A stretch of 64,000 nt of DNA from Deltaproteobacteria bacterium (GCA_040218735.1 JAVJQW010000049.1:209016-273015); one strand, 5' to 3'. Positions 1-10,850 are shown, numbered from the stretch's first letter. The notes: generated by a model from the letters alone, not told the origin. Made by a program: numbers and translations.

Positions 1-14
1 TATGGCGTGCCCCC

Positions 15-1109
15 GTGGACCCGCTGTACGCGTTGGCGCGCCCGCTGTTGTTCTCGCTCGACGCGGAGACCGCGCACAGCACGACCCTCGCGGGCGCTTC
101 CTTCGTCGCACGATCCCCCGCGCTGACGCGGGTCGCCGAGGCGACGTACGGTTTCGATGCGCCGGTGTCGTTGGCGACCCATGCGTTAGGTCTCGACTTT
201 CGACACCCCATCGGTCTCGCCGCGGGGCTCGACAAGAACGGCGAGGCGATCGACCTGTGGGCGGCGATCGGGTTCGCGTTCGTGGAGGTCGGCACCGTGA
301 CGCCCGGCGACGGGCAGCCGGGGAACGACAAACCGCGCCTGTATCGCGCGCGCGAAGATCGCGCGCTCGTGAACCGGATGGGGTTCAACAACCACGGCTC
401 TGCGGCGCTCGCGAAGAAGCTCGTCGCGCGGCGCACGCGGGTGCCGGTCGGCGCGAACCTCGGCAAGGCGAAGGTCACGCCGCTCGAGCAGGCGGCGGAC
501 GACTACGAGGCGACACTGCGCGACGTGTGGCTCGGCGCCGACTACATCGTGGTGAACGTATCGAGCCCGAACACGCCTGGGCTGCGCGACCTGCAGGCGG
601 TGACCGCGCTGGAGCCGCTGCTGACGCGCGTGGTTCGCGTGAACCGTGAGCTCGCCGACGAACACGGGGAGCTTCCCCGACCCATTCTCCTCAAGGTCGC
701 ACCGGATCTGGCCGAAGCAGACATCGATGCGGTCGCTCAGCTCGCAGTCGGTGTGGAGGTGGACGGCATCATCGCCACCAACACCACGAACCGGCACGCG
801 CTGCTGTCGAACCCGCCGCCGATCGGAGGTGGCGTCAGCGGTGCGCCGCTCGGACCGCGCGCGCTCGAGGTGTGTCGCCACCTGTTCCGGCGGCTCGACG
901 GGCGGCTCCCGATCGTCGGGGTGGGGGGCCTGATGACCGGCGAAGACGTGGCGGCGCGGATCGCGGCGGGGGCAACACTCGTTCAGGTCTATTCGGCGTT
1001 GATTTACGAAGGACCGGGATTGGTGTCATCAATGGTGCACGGGTTGGTGAACCGCATGAAAGATCTGGGCGTGGATTCGGTGTCGGATCTGGTGGGCCGA
1101 GACGCGTAA
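15..1109 (+). CDS. pyrD: Quinone-dependent dihydroorotate dehydrogenase (class 2)
   Basis: Motifs GLAAGLDKNG, EVGTVTP, NRMGFNN, VNVSSPNTPGLRDLQ, GGVSG, GVGG. Confidence 0.95.
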   Translation: MDPLYALARPLLFSLDAETAHSTTLAGASFVARSPALTRVAEATYGFDAPVSLATHALGLDFRHPIGLAAGLDKNGEAIDLWAAIGFAFVEVGTVTPGDGQPGNDKPRLYRAREDRALVNRMGFNNHGSAALAKKLVARRTRVPVGANLGKAKVTPLEQAADDYEATLRDVWLGADYIVVNVSSPNTPGLRDLQAVTALEPLLTRVVRVNRELADEHGELPRPILLKVAPDLAEADIDAVAQLAVGVEVDGIIATNTTNRHALLSNPPPIGGGVSGAPLGPRALEVCRHLFRRLDGRLPIVGVGGLMTGEDVAARIAAGATLVQVYSALIYEGPGLVSSMVHGLVNRMKDLGVDSVSDLVGRDA

Positions 1110-1142
1110 ATGCGGACACCGTAGGTTCAGGAGTAGGCGCGC

Positions 1143-1820
1143 GTGCAATTCAACACGAAGGACAAAGAGCTCACGCTCAAGATCGTCTACTACGGCCCGG
1201 CGCTCTCCGGGAAGACGACGAACATCCAGGCGTTGCACGCGATGCTCGACCCCGCGGCGCGCGGTCGGCTGATGACCCTCGACACCAAGGGCGACCGCAC
1301 CCTGTTCTTCGATCTCCTCCCCGTCCACTTCTCCACGCGCTCGGGTTTCAAGGTGAAGATCAAGCTCTTCACGGTCCCCGGCCAGGTGATGCACGAGTCG
1401 ACGCGCCGCATCGTCCTCGCGTCCACCGACACCGTGTGTTTCATCGCCGACGGCCAGCGCTCGCAGCGCGCCGCGAACAACGAGGCGTACGCGGGGATGC
1501 TGAGGAACCTCAAGTCGCAGGGGCTCGATCCCGGCGAGGTCCCGATCGTCATCCAATTCAACAAGATGGACCTCGGGGACGTCCTCACGGACGAGGAGCT
1601 CGCCGACTACGAGCGCCGCGGGTCGGAGCCGGTGTTCAAGGCGTCGGCGATCCGCGGAGAGGGCGTCGTGGAGACGCTCAAGGGCGGCATGTCGCTGCTG
1701 TGGCAACGCCTCGACGAAGTCCACGACCTCGCGCGCAAGCTCCAGATCACGCGCGAGGAGTTCATGAACGGCATCTTCCACTCCCTGCGTGACGACAAGC
1801 GCCTGGAGGCGCAGCCGTGA
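1143..1820 (+). CDS. MglA-family small Ras-like GTPase (paralog; no mglB adjacent)
   Basis: KIVYYGPALSGKTTN P-loop, DRTLFFDLLP, TVPGQV and NKMD motifs typical of MglA. Confidence 0.88.
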   Translation: MQFNTKDKELTLKIVYYGPALSGKTTNIQALHAMLDPAARGRLMTLDTKGDRTLFFDLLPVHFSTRSGFKVKIKLFTVPGQVMHESTRRIVLASTDTVCFIADGQRSQRAANNEAYAGMLRNLKSQGLDPGEVPIVIQFNKMDLGDVLTDEELADYERRGSEPVFKASAIRGEGVVETLKGGMSLLWQRLDEVHDLARKLQITREEFMNGIFHSLRDDKRLEAQP

Positions 1821-3322
1821 CGAGCGGCTCCATGGGTGGTCATCCTTCGCTGCCGGTCATGACGGATGACCTGGTCGCGGAGGGGACGCCGGTCGACGGG
1901 CCGACGGCGCCGAGTGTCCTCGACCGCCAGATCCACCTCGGGGAGCTGCTCGACGTCACCGCGTTCCGCGACGTCTGCGCGAGCTTCGTCGACCTCTACA
2001 AGATCGGCCTCAAGATCTTCGAGAAGGACGGCACCAAGCTCGTCGACATCCGCGTCGGCAACGGCGACTGGTGCGGTTACATCTTCAGCGACCCGAAGGG
2101 CCGCTCGCAGTGCACCGGTCTGGTCACGCGCATCAAACAGTTCGACTACCCCGAGCTGGGGACGGGGGAGGTCGTCGAGCAGACCTGCTTCTCCGGGCTG
2201 AAGTACGTGATCATGCCGATCACCTACGGCGGGGACCTGCTGGGGCGCGTGATCTACGGGCCCTTCATGCCGGCGGACCTCGCGCGCCCCGGCGACGACG
2301 TCTACCAGTACGGCGAGGACTTCGATCCCAACCGTCTGTGGTCGTACGGCGAGAAGATTCGCCGCGCCCCGGACGAGATGATCATGAAGATCCTCACCAA
2401 CTTCCGACGCGTGGTCGACACGGTGACCTTCATCGCGATGAAGGCGCACATGACGCAGCAGCTGCACCTGGAGTCGGTGACCGCGAGTTACAACGAGCTC
2501 GCGAACGCGAACAAACGGCTGCGCCGATCCTTCGAGAAGCTGAAGGAGCTCGACAAGCTCAAGTCGAACTTCCTCGCGATGATCAGCCACGAGCTGCGCA
2601 CGCCGCTCACGAGTGTCATCGGGTACTCGGAGATGTTGATCGAAGGCCTCGCGGGGCCGATGCCCGACGAGCAGTCGCAGTACGTCCAGACGATCAAGGA
2701 GAAGGGCGTTGCGCTCTTGGATCTGATCGGGTCGCTCCTCGACATGTCGAAGATCGAGGCGGGCGCGATGCAGCTGAAGGTCGCGGACGTCGAGCCGGTG
2801 ACGCTGCTGGAGGGGGCGAAGAGCTACGTCGTCCCGCAGGCGCAGAAGAAGCGCATCACGCTCGCGATCGACGTCGCGCCGGACGTCCCCGTCTTCAAGG
2901 GCGATCCCGACAAGCTGCGCCAGTGTTTGATCAACCTGGTGGGCAACGCGACGAAGTTCACGCCGGAGGGGGGCACGATCACCCTCGCGGCGGCGATGTG
3001 GACGGGGACGCGCAAGAACGCGCCGGACGCCGGCCGGTTCGGGCCGCCCGAGGAGACCTTCGTGCGGCTGGAGGTGCGGGACACCGGGATCGGGATCCCC
3101 GCCGACAAGCTGGAGCAGGTCTTCAGCAGCTTCTACCAGGTCGACAACTCGATCACCCGCGAGTACGGCGGTACGGGTCTGGGGCTGGCGATCGTCAAGC
3201 GCTTCGTGGAGGCCCACAAGGGTGAAGTGCGGGTCACGAGCGCAGAAGGGCAGGGCACGACCTTTGCGCTGCTCATCCCCGCGGACGCGAACCTCGGCGA
3301 GAGCGTCGACATCGTCATGTGA
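1817..3322 (+). CDS. Sensor histidine kinase with PocR-like cytoplasmic input domain
   Basis: H-box [10 protein letters not shown]-box [23 protein letters not shown]; N-terminal Cys pattern (WC..QC..TCFSGL..MPI) resembles PocR; GTGA overlap with upstream gene. Confidence 0.85.
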   Translation: MTSGSMGGHPSLPVMTDDLVAEGTPVDGPTAPSVLDRQIHLGELLDVTAFRDVCASFVDLYKIGLKIFEKDGTKLVDIRVGNGDWCGYIFSDPKGRSQCTGLVTRIKQFDYPELGTGEVVEQTCFSGLKYVIMPITYGGDLLGRVIYGPFMPADLARPGDDVYQYGEDFDPNRLWSYGEKIRRAPDEMIMKILTNFRRVVDTVTFIAMKAHMTQQLHLESVTASYNELANANKRLRRSFEKLKELDKLKSNFLAMISHELRTPLTSVIGYSEMLIEGLAGPMPDEQSQYVQTIKEKGVALLDLIGSLLDMSKIEAGAMQLKVADVEPVTLLEGAKSYVVPQAQKKRITLAIDVAPDVPVFKGDPDKLRQCLINLVGNATKFTPEGGTITLAAAMWTGTRKNAPDAGRFGPPEETFVRLEVRDTGIGIPADKLEQVFSSFYQVDNSITREYGGTGLGLAIVKRFVEAHKGEVRVTSAEGQGTTFALLIPADANLGESVDIVM

Positions 3323-3384
3323 CACGGGGCGGGGGTTCATTCCCCTTGCCGGCTCCACCCTCCTTGGCTAGCGTCCCGGCCCCG

Positions 3385-4140
3385 ATGGGTTCGGCGGTCG
3401 GTGGCCTCGCGTACAAACGCGTCCTTCTGAAGCTCTCGGGCGAAGCGCTCCAGGGTGACGGCAAGACGATCAGCCCGTCGATCATCGGGCGCCTCTCCGA
3501 CGAAGTCGCGGAGGTGCACCGCGCCGGCGTCGAGATGGCGCTGGTGATCGGCGGCGGCAACATCTTCCGCGGCGTGTCGGCGGCCATCTCCGGGATGGAC
3601 CGCGCGACGGCGGACTACATGGGGATGCTCGCGACGAGCATCAACGCGCTGGCGCTCCAGGACGCGATGGAGAAGCGCGGGCTCGAGACGCGCGTGATGA
3701 GCGCGATCAAGATGGAGCAGATCGCGGAGCCGTACATCCGGCGGCGCGCGGTGCGGCACCTCGAGCAGGGCCGCGTCGTCATCTTCGCGGCCGGCACCGG
3801 CAACCCGTACTTCACGACGGACACCGCGGCGTCGCTGCGCGCGATGGAGATCAACGCGGAGGCGATCCTCAAGGGGACGAAGGTCGACGGCGTCTACGAC
3901 AAGGACCCGAAGGTCCACGACGACGCCAAGCGCTTCCGCACCGTGAGCTACCTCGACGCGTTGAACCGCGGGCTCAAGGTGATGGACGCGACGGCCATCT
4001 CCCTGTGCATGGACAACAAACTCCCGATCATCGTGTTCTCGGTCGAAGAGCCCGGGACGTTCAAGAAGCTCGTCCAGGGCGAGACGGTCGGGACCCTGGT
4101 CAGCGAGAAGGACAGCGAGCTGTTCGAGGGCATGCTCTAG
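3385..4140 (+). CDS. pyrH: UMP kinase
   Basis: [34 protein letters not shown]; start placed at ATG 3385 (ORF track starts at 3319). Confidence 0.96.
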   Translation: MGSAVGGLAYKRVLLKLSGEALQGDGKTISPSIIGRLSDEVAEVHRAGVEMALVIGGGNIFRGVSAAISGMDRATADYMGMLATSINALALQDAMEKRGLETRVMSAIKMEQIAEPYIRRRAVRHLEQGRVVIFAAGTGNPYFTTDTAASLRAMEINAEAILKGTKVDGVYDKDPKVHDDAKRFRTVSYLDALNRGLKVMDATAISLCMDNKLPIIVFSVEEPGTFKKLVQGETVGTLVSEKDSELFEGML

Positions 4141-4185
4141 GCGGCTTCGACGGCTTCGACGAACAACGGAAGGGATGACGTAGGG

Positions 4186-4746
4186 ATGAAAGACGACGTA
4201 ATCAACGAGCTGAAGTCCAAGGGTGACGACGCCATCGAGGCGCTCCGCGGCGCGCTCGCGCGGATCCGCACGGGGCGCGCGAACCTGTCGATCCTCGACA
4301 ACATCCGGGTCGAGTACTACGGCGCGAAGTCTCCGCTGAACCAGGTCGCGACGCTGACGGTCGCGGACCCGCGGCTCATCACGATCAAGCCGTTCGACAA
4401 GTCGCTGACCTCGGAGATCGAGAAGGTGCTGCGCTCGACCTCGGACCTCGGCATCTCGCCGCAGAACGACGGGGAGAAGATCCTGCTGCCGATCCCGCCG
4501 CTGACCGAGGAGCGCCGCAAGGAGTTCACGAAGATCGCGAAGTCGAAGGGCGAGGACGCGAAGATCTCGGTGCGCAACGCGCGTCGCGACGCGAACGAGA
4601 TGCTCAAGGGCCTCGAGAAGGACGGCGACCTCCCCGAGGACGACTCGAAGAAGGCGCAGTCCGAGGTCCAGAAGATCACCGACGACTTCGTGGCGAAGGT
4701 CGACGAGATCGTCGGCAAGAAGGAAAAGGAGATCATGGAAGTCTGA
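4186..4746 (+). CDS. frr: Ribosome recycling factor
   Basis: IRTGRAN, PPLTEERRKE, RNARRDA; follows pyrH. Confidence 0.97.
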   Translation: MKDDVINELKSKGDDAIEALRGALARIRTGRANLSILDNIRVEYYGAKSPLNQVATLTVADPRLITIKPFDKSLTSEIEKVLRSTSDLGISPQNDGEKILLPIPPLTEERRKEFTKIAKSKGEDAKISVRNARRDANEMLKGLEKDGDLPEDDSKKAQSEVQKITDDFVAKVDEIVGKKEKEIMEV

Positions 4747-5492
4747 TGCCGGACGTCTTGGCACCGGGTCCTCTGCCCCGGCACATCGCCATCATCATGG
4801 ATGGCAACGGCCGCTGGGCGGAGGCGCGCGGGCGCCCTCGCTGGGAGGGGCACGCCTACGGTGCGAAGTCCGTGCGTGAGATCGTCACGGCGGCTCGCGA
4901 GAACGGCATCGAGGCGCTGACGCTGTACGCGTTCTCGGTGCAGAACTGGGCCCGCCCCGACGTCGAGGTGGAGCGCCTGATGACGCTCTTGCTCGACTAC
5001 CTCGTCGACGAGCAGTCGACGATCATGGACAACGACATCCGGCTGCAGGGCATCGGCGAGACCGACCGTCTCCCGGCCCACGTGAAGAAGCAGCTCGACT
5101 ACCTGTCGAACCTCTCCAAGGACAACACCTCCATGGTCCTCACGCTGGCGCTGTCGTACGGCGGTCGCGAGGAGCTCACGGAGGCGGTGCGGGCACTCGC
5201 GACCGACGTCGCCGAGGGGCGCCTCGCGGCGGAGGACGTGACGGAGGAGGCGATCGAGTCGCGTCTGTTCACGGCGGGGCTCCCGGAGCTCGACCTCATC
5301 ATTCGAACGAGCGGGGAGATGCGCCTGTCGAACTTCCTGCTTTGGCAGTGCGCCTACGCGGAGATCGTCGTGACGGACGTGCTGTGGCCGGACTTCACGA
5401 AGGCGGAGTTCTTCGACTGCATCGAGCAGTACCGCGGGCGCCAGCGGCGCTACGGTAAGACCGGCGCCCAGATCGACGGTGCCGCTTGCTGA
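4746..5492 (+). CDS. uppS: Undecaprenyl diphosphate synthase
   Basis: HIAIIMDGNGRWA, RTSGEMRLSNFLLWQ, RRYG. Confidence 0.96.
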   Translation: MPDVLAPGPLPRHIAIIMDGNGRWAEARGRPRWEGHAYGAKSVREIVTAARENGIEALTLYAFSVQNWARPDVEVERLMTLLLDYLVDEQSTIMDNDIRLQGIGETDRLPAHVKKQLDYLSNLSKDNTSMVLTLALSYGGREELTEAVRALATDVAEGRLAAEDVTEEAIESRLFTAGLPELDLIIRTSGEMRLSNFLLWQCAYAEIVVTDVLWPDFTKAEFFDCIEQYRGRQRRYGKTGAQIDGAAC

Positions 5493-6310
5493 CGCGGATC
5501 CTCAGCGCCCTCATCGCGCTGCCGATCGCGGTCTTCCTCATCGAGATGGGGGGCTGGTGGTTCTTCGGACTCGTGCTCTTCGTCGGCGCGGTGAGCGTCA
5601 ACGAGTTCATGGGCATGGCGCACGGCGACGACAAGACGTCGAGCACGCTGCTGACGATCGTCGGCGTGTTGGTGATGGCGCTGCTGATGAGCGGCCAGCT
5701 GCGCGGCGACCAGGGCGTGGTGGTGATGGCCGCGCTGGTGATGTTCGTCTGGATCTACTTTCTGTTCCGGATCGGCGACCAGGCCACGGTCGCGGCGCGC
5801 GCCTCGTTGTCGGTGACCGGGGTGCTGTGGGCGGGGGCGCTGCTCGCCGCGACCGCCTCGCTGCGGCTGCTCCCCGGCGGGAGCGCCTGGCTGTACCTCG
5901 CGTGTGTCATCGCGTGGGGGAGCGACACCGGCGGCTACTTCGCGGGGCGATTCCTCGGCAAACACAAGCTCTACCCGGCGGTGAGCCCGAAGAAGACCTG
6001 GGAGGGCTCGATCGGTGGCGTCGTGGTCGCGACGGCCGGATCGTTTGCGCTCAATCACTTCTGGGGGCCGGGTATCGACCCGGTGCACCTCGCGATCCTC
6101 GCGCCGGTGGGGACGGTGCTCGGTCAGATCGGTGACCTCGCCGAGAGCCTGCTGAAGCGCTCCACCGGGGTGAAGGACTCGGGGCGGATCATGCCCGGGC
6201 ACGGCGGGCTGTTCGATCGGATCGACGCGCTGATCTTCGTGGGGCCGCTGCTGCTCGCCTACGCTGTCCTGATTCGAAACGATACGATCGCCTGGCTCGA
6301 TCTGATCTGA
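5486..6310 (+). CDS. cdsA: Phosphatidate cytidylyltransferase
   Basis: SPKKTWEG, GDLAESLLKR..GVKDSG..PGHGGLFDRID; multiple hydrophobic helices. Confidence 0.95.
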   Translation: MLTRILSALIALPIAVFLIEMGGWWFFGLVLFVGAVSVNEFMGMAHGDDKTSSTLLTIVGVLVMALLMSGQLRGDQGVVVMAALVMFVWIYFLFRIGDQATVAARASLSVTGVLWAGALLAATASLRLLPGGSAWLYLACVIAWGSDTGGYFAGRFLGKHKLYPAVSPKKTWEGSIGGVVVATAGSFALNHFWGPGIDPVHLAILAPVGTVLGQIGDLAESLLKRSTGVKDSGRIMPGHGGLFDRIDALIFVGPLLLAYAVLIRNDTIAWLDLI

Positions 6311-6357
6311 GGCAGCGCACTCCAACGCGCGAGTGGCGGTGCCGACACTCGCTACAG

Positions 6358-7968
6358 ATGCCCGCGTTTTTCGTTCGCGACGTGATGTCGCGCGGGGTTT
6401 GGTGTGTCCCTCGGGAGGCACCGCTCGCCGACGTCGTACGCCTCATGCGCGAGGAGGCGATCTCCTGCGTCGTGGTGGCGGACGAGGACGGCAAGGCGGT
6501 CGGGATCATCAGTGAGCGAGACCTCGTCCAGGAGCTCGACCGCGCGCTCGGCGCCCCCCACGAGCCTCGCCTCGCGCGGGACGTCATGTCGGCGCCGCTG
6601 GTCACGACGAGCCCGGACGCCACGTCGGAGTCCGCGACGCGCACGATGTTCGAGCGTCGGATTCGGCGCCTCCCCGTGTTGTCCTCGACCGGCACCCTCG
6701 TCGGCCTCGTGACCCAGACGGATCTGTTGCGTGGGCAGCTGACGGAGCTGGAGGCCCGGACCGACTCGCTGGAGGCGCAGGTCGAGAAACGCACGCGTGA
6801 GCTCGTCGCGACGGCGCGCCGGCTGGAGGCGTCGAACCGTCAGCGCGGTGAGTTCCTCGCGACGATGAGCCACGAGATTCGAACGCCGCTGTCCGGCATC
6901 CTCGGCACGGTCGAGCTGCTGCTGCAGGGCCCCGTCGATCCCGACTTCCGCGAGAACCTCGAGACCGTGGCGCAGTCGGGTATCGCGATGCTGCACATCG
7001 TCAACGACGTCCTCGACCTGTCGAAGATCGACGCCGGGGAGTTCAAGATCGCGGAGGCGCCGTTCGAGCCGCGGCTCCTCGTGCGCGACGTCGTGCGTCT
7101 GCTCGACGCACGCGCGCAGGCGCGCGGCAACACCCTCGGGTCGAGCGTCGCGGACGCGGTGCCGAAGGTGCTCGTCGGCGACAGTCATCGGCTGCGGCAG
7201 GTCCTATCGAACCTCGTGAGCAACGCGGTGAAGTTCACCGAGCACGGGTGGGTCGACGTCGTGGTTTCGTGTCAGGCGGTCATGCGCGATCGCGCCGCGG
7301 TGCGGGTCGAGGTGCGCGACACCGGCCTCGGGATGGAGACCGCCGACGTCGAGCGGATCTTCATGCCGTACACCCAGGCCGGTGACGACGCGGTGATGCA
7401 CGCGCAAGGGACGGGGCTCGGGCTCGCGATCTGCAAGCGGTTGATGGAGCTGATGGGCGGACGCATCGGCGTCGAGAGCAAACACGGATCGGGGTCGATG
7501 TTCTGGATGGAGCTCGAGCTCGCGATCGGCGTGGAGGACGACGCGGAGCCCACGGAGGAGATCTCGGCGTCGTTCGATCTCGAGGTGTTGGTGGTCGACG
7601 ACGACGCCGTGAGTCGGCGGGTCCTCGCGCGCCGGCTGGAGTCGCTCGGGTGCACCGTCGACACCGCGATCAACGGGCTCGATGCGGTGAGCAAGTGGTC
7701 GGATCGGCGCTACCCCGTGATCTTCATGGACTGCGAGATGCCGGTCTTCGACGGCGTCGAGGCGACGGCGGAGATTCGCCAGCGGGCGCGCGGGGAGGGG
7801 CCCTACATCTGTGCGCTGACGGGCCGCGCGCGCGACGCGGAGCGCGAGGCGTGCATCGAAGCGGGGATGAACGACTACGTGCTGAAGCCCGCGTCGCGTA
7901 AGGACCTGGTTCAGCGGCTGAATCGCTACGTCGAGGTTGCGGACGGCGTACGCATGGGTGCCGCATGA
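6358..7968 (+). CDS. Hybrid histidine kinase: CBS pair + HisKA/HATPase + receiver
   Basis: Two CBS repeats (GIISERDL, GLVTQTDL), MSHEIRTPL, GTGLGL, receiver motifs VLVVDDD, FMDCEMP, KP. Confidence 0.9.
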   Translation: MPAFFVRDVMSRGVWCVPREAPLADVVRLMREEAISCVVVADEDGKAVGIISERDLVQELDRALGAPHEPRLARDVMSAPLVTTSPDATSESATRTMFERRIRRLPVLSSTGTLVGLVTQTDLLRGQLTELEARTDSLEAQVEKRTRELVATARRLEASNRQRGEFLATMSHEIRTPLSGILGTVELLLQGPVDPDFRENLETVAQSGIAMLHIVNDVLDLSKIDAGEFKIAEAPFEPRLLVRDVVRLLDARAQARGNTLGSSVADAVPKVLVGDSHRLRQVLSNLVSNAVKFTEHGWVDVVVSCQAVMRDRAAVRVEVRDTGLGMETADVERIFMPYTQAGDDAVMHAQGTGLGLAICKRLMELMGGRIGVESKHGSGSMFWMELELAIGVEDDAEPTEEISASFDLEVLVVDDDAVSRRVLARRLESLGCTVDTAINGLDAVSKWSDRRYPVIFMDCEMPVFDGVEATAEIRQRARGEGPYICALTGRARDAEREACIEAGMNDYVLKPASRKDLVQRLNRYVEVADGVRMGAA

Positions 7969-8046
7969 ACCCTGACGGCTGATCGTTCTGGCCACCGTGA
8001 TCGCTCCGCCCGTGCTAGGCTTTGACCGAGCCTCCCTGGCGAGGTC

Positions 8047-9768
8047 GTGATGGGCGTTCCCTGGTCATTCGGTCCCTCGGCGGTCGCAGCGTTCATCGTC
8101 TTCATCGGGATCCTCATCTTCGTGCACGAGCTGGGGCACTTCCTGGCGGCGAAGTACTTCGACATCAAGGTCACCAAGTTCTCGCTCGGCTTCGGGCCGG
8201 CGCTGGTGCGCTTCCAGTACGGCGAGACGATCTATCAGATCGCGGCGATCCCGCTCGGCGGGTACGTGAAGATGGTCGGCGACAACCCGGGTGAGGAGGT
8301 CGAGCCGGAGGACCGCGATCGCGCGTTCACGACGGCGGCGCTCCATCAGCGTGCGATCGTCGCGCTGGCCGGACCGACCTTCAACCTCGTCTTCCCGATC
8401 GTCTGTTTCTTTGCCTACAACCTCCTCGGGCCGACGGTGCCGTCGCCGATCGTGGGGCAGATGGAGATCGGCGACCCCGCGGACGTCGCGGGGCTCGAGC
8501 CCGGTGATCGCATCATCGAGGTCGACGGCGAGCGCACCTGGAGCTTCCACCGGATCACCGAGCTGATCAGCGCACGCCCCGGTCAGAAGACCCCGATCAA
8601 GGTCGAGCGCGACGGTCAGGAGGTCGCGCTGGAGGTGACCCCGAAGACGATCCGCCGGCAGGACCCGTTCGGCGAGACGACGGACTGGGGGATCATCGGC
8701 GTGGTCGGGGCCTCGCACGGCACCGGGATCGGCGTGGCGTTCCCCGCGGCGAACCAGGGGGGCTTCGCGACCGGCGACGAGCTGATGAAGATCGGCGACG
8801 ACGAAGTGAAGCGCGGCGAGGAGCTCGCGCGTACGTTCAAGAAGTACGCGGGCCAGACGGTGCCGGTGGTGGTCGCGCGGCCCGAGCCGCTGGCGGCCGG
8901 GAGCCTGCTGTACGCGACGGCGCCCGTCCCGCGGACGCTTTCGGTGCCGGTGCCGGCGGAGTTCGCGCGGATCGAGGACGTCGGGATCGCGCAGTCGGAG
9001 ATGTTCCTGCGGCGCGTGATCGAGGACGGCGCGGCGGACCGCGCGGGGCTGGCGGCCGGGGATCAGATCCTGGAGGTCGACGGTCGGCGGGTGCAGCTGT
9101 TCTGGTCCTTCGTCGAAGCGGTGCGCGCGGCCGAGGATCGCCCGCTGCCGATCGTCGTGCGGCGCGGCGGCGAGCGTGTCGAAGTGACGCTGAAGAACGA
9201 CCGCCACGGCTGCACGCAGCAGGCGAAGGAAGAGGTGCAGGACTTCTGGGACCCGGGCGTCGGTCTGGGTTGGGAAGGGGAGTCGACGACCTGCGTGGCG
9301 ATGAACGATCGCATCCAGCTCATGAGCCACTGGACGAGTGCGATGCCGCCGCGGACCGAGGTCGCGCGGCTGACGATCGGCGAGGCGTTCGTCTCGGGCG
9401 TCGAGCAGACCGGTCAGGTGATCGGGTTCGTCGGGCTCGGGATCTACAAGCTGCTGTCCGGGCAGATCTCGAGCAAGAACGTCGGCGGGCCGATCGCGTT
9501 GTTCAAGTTCGCGGCGCAGGCGGCGGAGATCGGGATCTTCGCGTACCTGAGGTTGCTCGCGCTCATCTCGGTGAACCTCGGCCTGATCAACCTGCTGCCG
9601 ATCCCGATCTTCGACGGCGGACATCTGGCGTTCGTGGCGATCGAAGCGATCAAGCGGCGGCCGATATCCATGCGCACGCGGGAGATCGCGACGCTGGTCG
9701 GCTTCGTGCTGATCGCGGTGCTGTTCATCATCGCGACGCGCAACGACATCCTGAGCACGTGGGACTGA
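8047..9768 (+). CDS. rseP: RIP metalloprotease RseP with multiple PDZ domains
   Basis: HELGHF, IPLGGYV, AGP, NLLPIPIFDGGH; PDZ motifs AGLEPGDRI and AGLAAGDQI. Confidence 0.93.
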   Translation: MMGVPWSFGPSAVAAFIVFIGILIFVHELGHFLAAKYFDIKVTKFSLGFGPALVRFQYGETIYQIAAIPLGGYVKMVGDNPGEEVEPEDRDRAFTTAALHQRAIVALAGPTFNLVFPIVCFFAYNLLGPTVPSPIVGQMEIGDPADVAGLEPGDRIIEVDGERTWSFHRITELISARPGQKTPIKVERDGQEVALEVTPKTIRRQDPFGETTDWGIIGVVGASHGTGIGVAFPAANQGGFATGDELMKIGDDEVKRGEELARTFKKYAGQTVPVVVARPEPLAAGSLLYATAPVPRTLSVPVPAEFARIEDVGIAQSEMFLRRVIEDGAADRAGLAAGDQILEVDGRRVQLFWSFVEAVRAAEDRPLPIVVRRGGERVEVTLKNDRHGCTQQAKEEVQDFWDPGVGLGWEGESTTCVAMNDRIQLMSHWTSAMPPRTEVARLTIGEAFVSGVEQTGQVIGFVGLGIYKLLSGQISSKNVGGPIALFKFAAQAAEIGIFAYLRLLALISVNLGLINLLPIPIFDGGHLAFVAIEAIKRRPISMRTREIATLVGFVLIAVLFIIATRNDILSTWD

Positions 9769-10439
9769 TCCTCGCGATCGAGACGGCCACGGCGGACGGC
9801 TCCGTCGCGGTGCACGACGGCGACGTCGTCGAGGTGCGCGAGCTCGGGGAGCAGCGCAACCACGCCAAGAACCTCGCGACCACGGTGCAGACGCTGATCG
9901 CCGGGCGCTTCGAAGACATCGACGGTTATGCGCTGAGCATCGGGCCGGGGTCGTTCACCGGGCTCCGCGTCGGCCTCGCGTTCCTCAAGGGCCTCGCAGC
10001 GGTGGTGCCGCGACCGGTCGTCCCCGTCTCGACGCTGGAGGTGATGGCGGCGGGCATCTTCCACCATCACCCCTACGCACAGCTCGCGCTCCCGGTGCTC
10101 GACGCGCGGCGCGACGAGGTGTTCGCGGGGCTCTTCACGCCGAGCGGCGCCGACCCGCGGCTGCCGGTCTCGATCGTCTCCGCGACGTCGCTCTCGCAAC
10201 GGATGCACGGCGTCGGCGAGGGGATGTACGCGGGCGGCGATGGGACGCGTCTGGACCTCGGTCCGAATGCGCCCTGGGCGATCGCCCGCGAGGAAGCGCA
10301 CGTGCCCTCCGCGGCGATCCTGGCCTCGCTGGGCGCGGCGCGCTTGCACGAAGAGGGGCGAGACGTGGACACCGTGGCGCCGGTGTACCTCCAGGTGTCC
10401 GCGGCGGAGCAGAACCTCGGCATACGCGCGGGGGTCTGA
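9759..10439 (+). CDS. tsaB: tRNA threonylcarbamoyladenosine biosynthesis protein TsaB
   Basis: ILAIETAT, GPGSFTGLRVG, DARRDEVF; GTG start at 9759 within ORF 9270-10439. Confidence 0.92.
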   Translation: MGLILAIETATADGSVAVHDGDVVEVRELGEQRNHAKNLATTVQTLIAGRFEDIDGYALSIGPGSFTGLRVGLAFLKGLAAVVPRPVVPVSTLEVMAAGIFHHHPYAQLALPVLDARRDEVFAGLFTPSGADPRLPVSIVSATSLSQRMHGVGEGMYAGGDGTRLDLGPNAPWAIAREEAHVPSAAILASLGAARLHEEGRDVDTVAPVYLQVSAAEQNLGIRAGV

Positions 10440-10480
10440 GCGCCGAGGGTCGACTCGGACGAACGGCCGACCCCGGCGGT

Positions 10481-10509
10481 TTGACTCGCTGTCGGCGCCT
10501 TCTTAGAGT
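10481..10509 (+). promoter_or_regulatory. Sigma70-type promoter candidate
   Basis: TTGACT-17 nt-TAGAGT in the intergenic region upstream of the small coiled-coil gene. Confidence 0.55.
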
Positions 10510-10613
10510 TTTCGTGATGGTCTGCACAACGCATCGTTCAGCCATCGAAACCTCAACAGAACGTCACGAACCACCGAACGCGAGCGCCGCGTTTGGATCG
10601 GAGACCCACACGC

Positions 10614-10850
10614 ATGATGGAACAAGTGAGAGCGGTCGACACCGAACAGCCCCGTAACGTGGGCCTCGATCTTTCACAGGAGATCGAGCGCCTCAAACGA
10701 GAGCACCGCGAGCTGAAGGCCCGCCTCTCCGAGCTGAACAGTCGACTTCACCTCTCCATCGACGAAGAGATCGAGCGCAAGAAGATCCAGAAGCTGAAGC
10801 TCCTCAAGAAGGACCAGCTCCTGATGCTCGAAGCCAAGCTGCACAACTAA
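10614..10850 (+). CDS. YdcH/DUF465-like small coiled-coil protein
   Basis: EH.EL..RL.EL...KKIQKLKLLKKDQL pattern; start ATG 10614 inferred. Confidence 0.75.
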   Translation: MMEQVRAVDTEQPRNVGLDLSQEIERLKREHRELKARLSELNSRLHLSIDEEIERKKIQKLKLLKKDQLLMLEAKLHN

